The notes below the pieces were generated by a model. The model was given only the letters and a program-made list of their open reading frames with translations. It searched no databases and had not been told where the DNA came from. A program made the position numbers and the translations under genes. Shown here piece by piece: positions 29,163 through 37,243 of a stretch of DNA of 53,800 bases; positions within the stretch are counted from its first letter, which is position 1, and the number at the start of each line of letters is the position of its first letter. This DNA comes from an uncultured PS1 clade bacterium (GTDB lineage: Bacteria; Pseudomonadota; Alphaproteobacteria; MED-G09): NCBI GenBank assembly GCA_902609025.1, contig CACLQD010000001.1:1-53800 (forward strand). The letters are read 5' to 3'.

Positions 29163-30157
29163 AAAAAATTAAAGATATTCAGGATTTGGTTGGTGATACT
29201 CCTTTGATAAGGCTAAAAGGGCCTTCCGAAGAAACTGGTTGTGAAATTTTTGGTAAAGCTGAGTTTTTAAATCCTGGACAATCTATTAAGGATAGAGCTG
29301 CTCTTCATATAATTAAAGATGCTGAAAGAAATGGTTTATTAAAAAAAGGCGGAACGATAGTAGAGGGAACTGCAGGCAATACTGGTATCGGATTATCTAT
29401 AATTGGTAATGCCCTTGGATATAAAACAGTAATCGTTATTCCTGAAACTCAAACGCAAGAAAAAAAAGATGCAATAAGATTTACTGGAGCTGAATTAATT
29501 GAAGTTCCAGCTGTACCATATACAGATGAAAATAATTATATTAAATACTCAGGTAGATTAGCAAAAGATTTAGATAAAAAACTTAAAAATGGCGCATATT
29601 GGGCAAATCAATTTGATAATGTAGCAAATAAAGAAGCCCATATTAAAACAACAGGTCCAGAAATATGGAAACAAACTAATGGAAATGTCGATGGGTTTGT
29701 TTGCGCTATTGGAACTGGAGGTACTTTATCGGGAATAAGTCAGTACCTTAAATCTAAAAATCCAGAAATTTCTATCGGTTTAGCAGATCCCCATGGTGCA
29801 AGTATGTATAATTATTTCAAAAATGGTGAACTTAAAGCAGAGGGGAGCTCCATAACTGAGGGAATAGGTCAGGGGCGGATTACAAAAAATGTTGAAGGAA
29901 GTATTATTGATTTTCCTTATTTGATCGATGATGCTGAAGCATTAGAGATTGTATTTACATTAATAGAAAAGGAAGGACTATTTTTAGGTTTATCATCCGG
30001 TATAAATATAGCTGGAGCAAAACGATTAGCAAAAGACTTAGGAAAAGGCAGCACAATAGTAACTATCCTATGTGATCTAGCAGATAGATACAAAGGGAAG
30101 ATGTTTAATATTAAATTCTTAAAAGAAAATAATCTACCAGTTCCAGAATGGTTATGA
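29159..30157 (+). CDS. Cysteine synthase / cystathionine beta-synthase-family PLP enzyme
   Basis: PLP-lysine motif NPGQSIKDRAA, EGTAGNTGIGL, and the GTGGT loop (IGTGGTLSG). ATGA overlap with the acyl-CoA dehydrogenase gene. Confidence 0.8.
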   Translation: MKKIKDIQDLVGDTPLIRLKGPSEETGCEIFGKAEFLNPGQSIKDRAALHIIKDAERNGLLKKGGTIVEGTAGNTGIGLSIIGNALGYKTVIVIPETQTQEKKDAIRFTGAELIEVPAVPYTDENNYIKYSGRLAKDLDKKLKNGAYWANQFDNVANKEAHIKTTGPEIWKQTNGNVDGFVCAIGTGGTLSGISQYLKSKNPEISIGLADPHGASMYNYFKNGELKAEGSSITEGIGQGRITKNVEGSIIDFPYLIDDAEALEIVFTLIEKEGLFLGLSSGINIAGAKRLAKDLGKGSTIVTILCDLADRYKGKMFNIKFLKENNLPVPEWL

Positions 30158-30158
30158 A

Positions 30159-30287
30159 ATGATAGCAACTATTAGAGATTTTTGTAGAAGATACTTTTGG
30201 CTATGGATTATTTACCAAGCTATAAAAGGATTTGTTACAACATCGTTAATATGGGTTCCTTTACTATTTGTATGGTTATCAAATTGA
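30159..30287 (+). CDS. Hypothetical 42-aa hydrophobic peptide (candidate small membrane protein)
   Basis: My translation: MIATIRDFCRRYFWLWIIYQAIKGFVTTSLIWVPLLFVWLSN*. It fills most of an otherwise unexplained 140-bp gap and starts 1 nt after the upstream stop. There is no clear SD and I recognise no homology. Confidence 0.25.
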   Translation: MIATIRDFCRRYFWLWIIYQAIKGFVTTSLIWVPLLFVWLSN

Positions 30288-30297
30288 TGGTTGAAAA

Positions 30298-31101
30298 ATG
30301 TTAGAACAAGCAATACATTTCAAAGAAGAAAGCGATGCATTATATAATTTGCTAATAAATGCTGATAACGACTCATTCAAATTAAATACACAATTTAAAT
30401 CTTGGACAATAAATGATGTACTTTATCATCTGCATGTATGGAATATTGCTGCCCTTTTATCTTTAAAAAAAGAAAACGAATTTAAAGAATTTATGCAAAA
30501 TTTTATGGAAGCTATAAAATCTGGAAATTCTGCAAGAGAATATGAGAAAATATTATCAAATAGTGCTGAGGGGTTAGATCTTCTCTATTTATGGAAAGAA
30601 AAATATGAAAAAGTTTCTGATGAGTTTGCTGAATCTGATCCTAAAAAAAGAGTAAAATGGGCTGGTCCAGATATGAGTGTAAGATCCAGTATAACAGCAA
30701 GACATATGGAAACATGGGCTCATGGTCAAGAAATTTTCGATCAACTAGGTTTTGAGAGAATTGATACGGATAGAATAAAAAATATAGTAGTCATCGGCGT
30801 TAATACTTTTGGATGGAGCTTTATTAATAGAAATTTAGAAGTACCTGAAAAAATGCCAAAATTATCTTTATTATCACCTTCAAACAAATTATGGGAATGG
30901 AATGAAGATAATGAGGAAAATGTAATATCGGGATCTGCTACTGAATTTGGTCAAGTAGTTACACAAGTGAGACATATTGATGATACATCATTAGAGGTTT
31001 CAGGAAAAATAGCTAATGAATGGATGTCCATTGCACAATGCTTTGCAGGACCACCTGAAAATCCTCCAGATAAGGGAACAAGGTTTACTAGGAAAATTTA
31101 A
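30298..31101 (+). CDS. DinB-fold / maleylpyruvate-isomerase-N-terminal-like family protein (TIGR03084-like)
   Basis: WTINDVLYHLHVW near the N-terminus and MSVRSSITARHMETWAHGQE resemble the MDMPI_N/DinB metal-binding helices. This is a family-level call from memory only. Confidence 0.5.
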   Translation: MLEQAIHFKEESDALYNLLINADNDSFKLNTQFKSWTINDVLYHLHVWNIAALLSLKKENEFKEFMQNFMEAIKSGNSAREYEKILSNSAEGLDLLYLWKEKYEKVSDEFAESDPKKRVKWAGPDMSVRSSITARHMETWAHGQEIFDQLGFERIDTDRIKNIVVIGVNTFGWSFINRNLEVPEKMPKLSLLSPSNKLWEWNEDNEENVISGSATEFGQVVTQVRHIDDTSLEVSGKIANEWMSIAQCFAGPPENPPDKGTRFTRKI

Positions 31102-31587
31102 ATGGAAAAATTATTAAATATTGCCAAAGAAGTATCAATAGCACTGATTAAAAGAGAAGAAACAATATCTGTGATTGAGTCGTCCTCAGGAGGCTTAATT
31201 TCAAGCTCTTTATTGGCACAACCTGGGGCTTCCGCCTATTACATAGGTGGACAAGTTGTTTATACTGCAAAATCAATAAGAGGAGTTACTGGTTTAAGGT
31301 TAAGAGATCTTAAAGAAAAAAATATAAGATCCAGTAGTGAGCCTTTTGCATTGTTGCTTGGGGAAAAAGGAGTTGAAATGTATTCAACGGATTGGTGCAT
31401 TACTGAAACTGGGGCAGCAGGACCAACTGGAAATGGATATGGTGATCCTGCAGGATATTCATGTTTTGCTATATCTGGAAAAAAAAATATTTCATCACAT
31501 ATTAATACTAATTCAGATAATAGGTTTGAAAATATGGTTAATTTTTCATCCGCAGCTTTAGAACTTTTTCTATCTAATCTTAATTAA
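31102..31587 (+). CDS. CinA C-terminal-domain family protein (nicotinamide-nucleotide amidase PncC-like)
   Basis: ESSSGGLISSSLLAQPGASAYYIGGQVVYT and TETGAAGP motifs of the CinA/PncC domain. It starts immediately after the upstream stop. Confidence 0.75.
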   Translation: MEKLLNIAKEVSIALIKREETISVIESSSGGLISSSLLAQPGASAYYIGGQVVYTAKSIRGVTGLRLRDLKEKNIRSSSEPFALLLGEKGVEMYSTDWCITETGAAGPTGNGYGDPAGYSCFAISGKKNISSHINTNSDNRFENMVNFSSAALELFLSNLN

Positions 31588-32127
31588 TTATTTTGGCGCT
31601 CTTTTAGATAGTATTCTTTGAAGGGTTCTTCTGTGCATTTTTAAACGGCGTGCAGTTTCAGAAACATTTTTGTTACATAATTCATAAACTCTTTGGATAT
31701 GCTCCCATCTAACTCTATTAGCACTCATAGGTTCGTCGGGAGGAGGCGCTTTTTCATCCTTACTAACCAAAAGAGAAGATATAATATCTTCAATATTTGC
31801 TGGTTTAGACAAATAATCTACTGCTCCAAGTTTAATTGCTGAAACAGCATTAGCGATATTACCAAATCCAGTAAGAATAATAGATTTAGATTTTGGATTT
31901 AATCTATTCAACTCTGTGATGATTTCTAATCCATCACCATCATCTAATCTTAGATCAATAACACCATAATCAAATTTCTCTTTTTTAAGTATACTTAGAC
32001 CTTCCTTAACAGATTGGGCTTCAAATACGATTAGTCCTCTTCTTGACATTGCTCTTGAAAGTTGATTTAGCCATACACGATCATCATCAACAATTAGTAG
32101 TTTTTGATTTTCAAATTCATTATTCAT
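31588..32127 (-). CDS. regA: Redox response regulator RegA/PrrA/ActR
   Basis: Receiver domain plus the near-invariant C-terminal HTH NVSETARRLKMHRRTLQRILSKRAP. Confidence 0.92.
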   Translation of the reverse strand: MNNEFENQKLLIVDDDRVWLNQLSRAMSRRGLIVFEAQSVKEGLSILKKEKFDYGVIDLRLDDGDGLEIITELNRLNPKSKSIILTGFGNIANAVSAIKLGAVDYLSKPANIEDIISSLLVSKDEKAPPPDEPMSANRVRWEHIQRVYELCNKNVSETARRLKMHRRTLQRILSKRAPK

Positions 32128-32131
32128 AAAA

Positions 32132-33424
32132 TTATACCCATCCTTGCTTAGGAATTAAAATAGATACTACAGCTCCACTTTCTGGTTTATTCTTATTATA
32201 TATTTCCATCTTAATACCTAATCTTTCAAATAAAGTTTTAGAAATAAAAAAGCCAAGACCTAGCCCGTCCTTGAGACCATCATCTTTATGTCTACTAGTA
32301 ACATATGGATCACCAAGTCTATGTAAAATTTCAGTAGAAAAACCATCTCCATCATCTTCTATTAGTAATTGAATATTATTATCAATTTTAGCAATTTTCA
32401 TAAATACATTTTCTTTTGCAAATTCACCCGCATTTTCAATAATATTTGATAGGCCTAATAATAATTCAGATCGCCTTTCTATCATAAAACTAGCTAAATC
32501 CTGATTATTTGAATCAAAAATAATATTAGTTTTTATGCCTTTAACTTTTATAAGTTCGCTCAGTTCTTCTAGTAAGGCATGAAGTTCAATTTTATTAACG
32601 ATATCATCATCAATTGATGATTTTTCTCCAAGGGATCCAAGAATATTTTTACATCTTTGAATCTCTTTAGTAAGTGTTCTTAAATCTTCTTTTCCTTGGG
32701 CACTTAATGACTCGTTATCAAATAATTCACTTGCAATTAAATTTATCGATCCTAATGGAGTACCTAGTTGGTGAGCTGCAGCTGCGGCCAATCCATCTAA
32801 AGAAGATAAATTTTGTTCATTAGATAATAATTCTTCTGTCACCTTAAGAGCCCTAGATACCTCTCTAGATTCATTAGCCAACCTCCCAACATATAAGGAT
32901 AAAAATAGAATAGTTACCAACAAGGAAAACCAAATTCCAATAGTTATTATAGGAGGGTTTGCTAAATAAGAGAGATCGCTCTGGATTAAAGGATAATTAT
33001 AAAGACCAATTAAAGATACGGATACAAGTGTTAATATAATTAGTATAAATGAAGATCTAATTGGAAGATTATCAATAGAAATCGCTATTGGCACAATGAA
33101 AAGCATCACAAATGGATTTGATAACCCACCCGTGAAAAAAACTAAAAGTGCTAATTGAATTATATCACCACCTATAACAAAAGTAGTTGTTGTTTCACTC
33201 AACCTTTTATTCCAAGAGTATAAAAGAAATAAAATTAGGTTAGATAAAGCCAAAGCACCAATGGTCATATAGACTTCAAAATATGGTAATTTAAAAAGTA
33301 GAATGTTGCCTACTACTAAACAAGTTAATAGTTGCCCAATGACAGCCACAGACCTAAGAAGAATTAGAGTTTTTAGTCTGATTCCAAGCCTTAAGTTAGG
33401 AGTATATTTACTTTCTTCTGCCAT
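32132..33424 (-). CDS. regB: Redox sensor histidine kinase RegB/PrrB/ActS
   Basis: Six predicted TM helices, a GGLSNPF quinone-site motif (GGxxNPF), H-box AAAAHQLGTPLGSI, and a redox-box Cys in EIQRCKNIL. Confidence 0.88.
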   Translation of the reverse strand: MAEESKYTPNLRLGIRLKTLILLRSVAVIGQLLTCLVVGNILLFKLPYFEVYMTIGALALSNLILFLLYSWNKRLSETTTTFVIGGDIIQLALLVFFTGGLSNPFVMLFIVPIAISIDNLPIRSSFILIILTLVSVSLIGLYNYPLIQSDLSYLANPPIITIGIWFSLLVTILFLSLYVGRLANESREVSRALKVTEELLSNEQNLSSLDGLAAAAAHQLGTPLGSINLIASELFDNESLSAQGKEDLRTLTKEIQRCKNILGSLGEKSSIDDDIVNKIELHALLEELSELIKVKGIKTNIIFDSNNQDLASFMIERRSELLLGLSNIIENAGEFAKENVFMKIAKIDNNIQLLIEDDGDGFSTEILHRLGDPYVTSRHKDDGLKDGLGLGFFISKTLFERLGIKMEIYNKNKPESGAVVSILIPKQGWV

Positions 33425-33434
33425 AATTGAACTT

Positions 33435-34070
33435 TTATTTTAAAAGATTTCTTACTTCTTGAATAGCATCTTCAGGTTGTATTACTTTGATAGTCGTCAT
33501 GCCTAACTCTCTTGCAGGTTTTAAATTAATGCCTAAATCATCTAAATATATACATTGATCAGGGCTTACATTTAATGCATCGCATGACATCATATAAATT
33601 TCAGGATTAGGTTTTCTTATGCCTACTATAGAAGATTCAATTACATGATCAAATATAGACATTGCCTCTTTTGTTTCATTATCAGTATTTTCTTCTGAAG
33701 AAGGCTTAACATTATTAGTAATACAACCAAGCTTAAAATCTGATTTAAGCTCTCTAAGGAAGCTCACCATATTTTCTCTGATACTTCCTTTTAAAAGTTT
33801 TATAATATCTCTTCCTTTAATATCAAAACCTTTAGCTTTTGCCTCTTTTAAAAATAAATCATTAAATTGATCAATTGTAATACTATTACTTTCAAACTGA
33901 GCCCAAGCGTTCATGTCGGAATTTTCAGAATTAATAGTCCTAATTATATCTTTGGGTAAGCCATTTGCTTCCTCAAACTTATTAAAAGCCTCAAAAGGGC
34001 TTGAGGTAATAACACCACCAAAATCCCATATAATTGCTTTATATTTCATACTATTATATCCTTGGTTCAA
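33435..34070 (-). CDS. HAD-superfamily hydrolase (subfamily IA-like)
   Basis: 211 aa with motif I region IIWDFGGVI, motif II ITNN and motif IV YLDDLGINL. The second Asp of DxD is replaced by Gly. Confidence 0.65.
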   Translation of the reverse strand: MNQGYNSMKYKAIIWDFGGVITSSPFEAFNKFEEANGLPKDIIRTINSENSDMNAWAQFESNSITIDQFNDLFLKEAKAKGFDIKGRDIIKLLKGSIRENMVSFLRELKSDFKLGCITNNVKPSSEENTDNETKEAMSIFDHVIESSIVGIRKPNPEIYMMSCDALNVSPDQCIYLDDLGINLKPARELGMTTIKVIQPEDAIQEVRNLLK

Positions 34071-34109
34071 GTTTTAACATTTAATTTATTCTAATTAATG
34101 GAGCATTAA

Positions 34110-34967
34110 ATGAAAAGTGAACCTATAAATTCTTTAAACTCAGATGTTTTATATTCTGAAATAGATAATATTGCCATATTAACTTTAAACCGACCCGAAA
34201 AATTAAATGCTTACAATGTTAATATTTTTAATGGCCTTAAAGAAGGTATAAAGAAAATCGAAAATAACGAAAATATTAATGCAATAATAATAACAGGCGC
34301 TGGCAGAGGTTTTTGTGCTGGAGCGGATATGGAGGGCTTAAAAAAAACCACTAAGTCAAATAATAAAATTACTCCTGAAGATGACATAGATGAAAAACTT
34401 CAAAATGAAATTATAGGCCCAAAAATTGCAGAACATTTTCAAACAAGATTCGGATTTTTGGCTACTTGTAGAAAGCCTATTATAGCTGCAATTAATGGTC
34501 CATGTGCTGGAATTGGTCTAGTTATGACTTTATTTTGTGATCTAAGATTTGCTGCAGAAGGCGCAAAATTTACAACTGCTTTTTCTAGAAGGGGTTTAAT
34601 TGCTGAGCATGGTATTAGCTGGATATTACCAAAACTAATTGGGCATGCCCATGCTATGGATATACTATTTACAGGAAGGGTTTTCCTTGCTGAAGAAGCT
34701 TTTAAAATTGGCTTAATTAATAATTGCTTCCCTGAAGATGATTTTATGAAATCAACTCTTGAATATGTGAAAGATCTAGCAAATATGTCGTCTCCAAGAT
34801 CTATTGCTGTGATGAAATCTCAAATATATAAAGCTTTCTTCCAAAATTTAAATGATGCCGCTTCAATTGGAGATTTAGAAATGGAAAAAAGTTTCTTATC
34901 AGAAGATTTTAAAGAAGGTGTTAATCATTTTATGGAAAAAAGAGCACCAAAATTTACTGGTAAATAA
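34110..34967 (+). CDS. Enoyl-CoA hydratase/isomerase (crotonase) family protein
   Basis: ITGAGRGFCAGADM oxyanion-hole motif, AAINGPCAGIGL, and a C-terminal DFKEGVNHFMEKRAPKF. Confidence 0.85.
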   Translation: MKSEPINSLNSDVLYSEIDNIAILTLNRPEKLNAYNVNIFNGLKEGIKKIENNENINAIIITGAGRGFCAGADMEGLKKTTKSNNKITPEDDIDEKLQNEIIGPKIAEHFQTRFGFLATCRKPIIAAINGPCAGIGLVMTLFCDLRFAAEGAKFTTAFSRRGLIAEHGISWILPKLIGHAHAMDILFTGRVFLAEEAFKIGLINNCFPEDDFMKSTLEYVKDLANMSSPRSIAVMKSQIYKAFFQNLNDAASIGDLEMEKSFLSEDFKEGVNHFMEKRAPKFTGK

Positions 34968-34980
34968 ATCGGAAAAATAA

Positions 34981-35736
34981 ATGAAATATATTCAAGTCGT
35001 TTTTTTGTTAATTTTTTCCTGCCCCTTGCTGGCCGAAACAAGAATAGATTATTATGTAAATCTTGGAGGAATTAAAATTGCTGATGCAAACTTCATAATT
35101 AAAAGTGATAAAAAAAACTGGTCACTTAAAACTGAGGTAGAAGCAGCAGGGATTGTAGATGTATTCGTTAAGTTCATCTCAACAACTGAAAGTGAAGGAA
35201 TTATAAATAATAATAAATTAGTACCTGAACTATATAAATTCTCATACTTGACTGGGAGAGGAAACTCAAGAAAAGGTTCAATAAAATATAAGGATAATAT
35301 TCCTGTTAGATTAACCGCAGAACCAAATTATAATAATAACGAAATACCATCATTAGAATTTTTGGAAGAGTATGGTTCTACTAGCAATGATCCTTATAGC
35401 GCACTCTTAGTTCATGGATCATATTCAGACCCATGTAAATTTATTGCACAGGGTTTTGATGGCTTAAGATCTTTTAAAACAATATTTGTCAGAGCGGCAA
35501 GAGAAGAGAAAATTATGATAGGTAAGCAGGAAGTTATGACATCAAAATGTATTGGTTATTTTGATCCAATAGTCGGCTACAAAGAAAGTGACTTTCTTGA
35601 TGAAATTTCTAAACCTGGATCTGTGAGATATTGGTTTAAATATTTTGATTCGTTAGATCTATGGGCACCCGTTAAGGTAATAATTGATACTCCTTTAGGT
35701 GGTTTTGTTCTAAAGGGAACAGCACTGAAAAATTAG
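34981..35736 (+). CDS. DUF3108-like secreted protein
   Basis: Signal peptide MKYIQVVFLLIFSCPLLAE, a YYVNLGGIKIADANF start, NDPYSAL, and a C-terminal DTPLGGFVLKG. These resemble DUF3108 as I remember it; not verifiable here. Confidence 0.45.
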   Translation: MKYIQVVFLLIFSCPLLAETRIDYYVNLGGIKIADANFIIKSDKKNWSLKTEVEAAGIVDVFVKFISTTESEGIINNNKLVPELYKFSYLTGRGNSRKGSIKYKDNIPVRLTAEPNYNNNEIPSLEFLEEYGSTSNDPYSALLVHGSYSDPCKFIAQGFDGLRSFKTIFVRAAREEKIMIGKQEVMTSKCIGYFDPIVGYKESDFLDEISKPGSVRYWFKYFDSLDLWAPVKVIIDTPLGGFVLKGTALKN

Positions 35737-35742
35737 ATAAAA

Positions 35743-36672
35743 ATGGAAAAAATTCCTACAATCTCAATTAAAAATATAAATGAAAGAAAAAAGATCATCA
35801 GTAAAGATATTTTTGAAGCATGCCAGGGTGTTGGCTTTTTCACAATTGTTGATCATGATCTTGATGTTAATTTAATTAAAAAAGTTCTGAATTTATCCGC
35901 TGAATTCTTTAATCAATCCGAAGAAATAAAAACTAAATATCATATAAAAGGTGGGGCAGGACAAAGAGGTTATACTCCATTAGGGATTGAAACAGCAAAA
36001 AACTCGAAAATGCCAGATCAAAAAGAATTTTGGCATCATGGTAGATCTTATTGGAGTCAAGAATACAAGAAAGATATGCCTGAAAATCTATTAATTAAAG
36101 AAGTTAAAGAAATAAATAATGAATTGATAAATCTTTTTGATAATTTTGAAGAAACTGGAAAAAAAATACTATCCTTAATAGCTATAGCACTAAATTTAAA
36201 AGAAAATTGGTTTGATAATAAAATTAACCAAGGTAATTCAATTTTAAGGATGATACATTATCCAGAATTAAAAAATAATTCTGCTGGATTAAGGGCTGAG
36301 GCTCATGAAGATATTAATTTGATAACTTTATTAATAGGAACAGAACAAGAAGGTTTGGAAGTTCTAAATAAAGAAAAAAAATGGATACCAATTGATGTAG
36401 GGTCAAATAAAATTGTTTGTAATGTAGGTGACATGCTTCAAAGACTTACAAATGACAATTTAAAATCAACTACACATAGAGTTTGTAATCCTACAGGCAA
36501 GAAAAAAAATCAACCAAGATATTCCATACCCTTTTTTCTTCATCTAAATCCTGACTATATGATCGAGACACTACCAAACTGTATTGATAAGACTTCTCCA
36601 AACAAATATCAGGATGCAATCTCAGCAAATGATTTCTTAAAAATTAGACTAGAAGAAATTAATTTAAAATAA
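35743..36672 (+). CDS. 2-oxoglutarate/Fe(II)-dependent oxygenase (isopenicillin N synthase-like family)
   Basis: HYP...AHEDINLITLL (HxD) and STTHRV (distal His and Arg) form the facial triad. About 309 aa. Confidence 0.8.
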   Translation: MEKIPTISIKNINERKKIISKDIFEACQGVGFFTIVDHDLDVNLIKKVLNLSAEFFNQSEEIKTKYHIKGGAGQRGYTPLGIETAKNSKMPDQKEFWHHGRSYWSQEYKKDMPENLLIKEVKEINNELINLFDNFEETGKKILSLIAIALNLKENWFDNKINQGNSILRMIHYPELKNNSAGLRAEAHEDINLITLLIGTEQEGLEVLNKEKKWIPIDVGSNKIVCNVGDMLQRLTNDNLKSTTHRVCNPTGKKKNQPRYSIPFFLHLNPDYMIETLPNCIDKTSPNKYQDAISANDFLKIRLEEINLK

Positions 36673-36684
36673 GACCAAGCTTTA

Positions 36685-37107
36685 TTATATAAGTGAAAGT
36701 ATCTCTTCTAGCTTTCTCTTACTTTTACCAAATACTCTTACACTTTTTACCTGATCAAGATTTGTTAGATCATCCCCAACAATAATCACAGCTATCATTC
36801 CCATGCTTTTATGAGGTGTACATTGGTAAAAATAAATGCCTGATTTTTCAAATGTGTAAGTAAACTCTTGATTGATTCTGCTTTTCTTTGGTAGCTCAAT
36901 AGCATCAGGGCCTATGATAAACTCAACATTATGACCTTTGTCTTTTGGTTTCCAAACAACAGTATCCCCAACATCGACCTTAAGAACATCTTCAGAATAG
37001 ACCATACTCTGGCCATCAGATCTTACATTTAACATATCAATTGAAAATGTATTCGCAAGAATAGGTGAAGTGAAAAAGATTATTAAAATAAAAAATATTC
37101 TAAGCAT
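36685..37107 (-). CDS. Pseudoazurin-type blue copper protein (cupredoxin)
   Basis: Signal peptide, His ligand in KGHNVEF, and the Cys/His/Met ligand loop YQCTPHKSMGM. Confidence 0.85.
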   Translation of the reverse strand: MLRIFFILIIFFTSPILANTFSIDMLNVRSDGQSMVYSEDVLKVDVGDTVVWKPKDKGHNVEFIIGPDAIELPKKSRINQEFTYTFEKSGIYFYQCTPHKSMGMIAVIIVGDDLTNLDQVKSVRVFGKSKRKLEEILSLI

Positions 37108-37191
37108 TATATTATCCTATTAAATTATTATTCAGAGCACGGAAATATATATATGTAATTAAATTACATTAATAAATGCGACACTTTAACC

Positions 37192-37221
37192 CAAAAAAAA
37201 CGGCGGTTAAGAACCGCCGTT
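37192..37221 (-). terminator. Intrinsic terminator downstream of the 870-aa TBDR gene
   Basis: Minus-strand view: AAACGGCGGTT-CTT-AACCGCCG followed by TTTTTTTT. GC-rich stem of 8-9 bp (37200-37208 / 37212-37220). Confidence 0.8.
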
Positions 37222-37243
37222 TAATTATATTATTTTAATAAAA

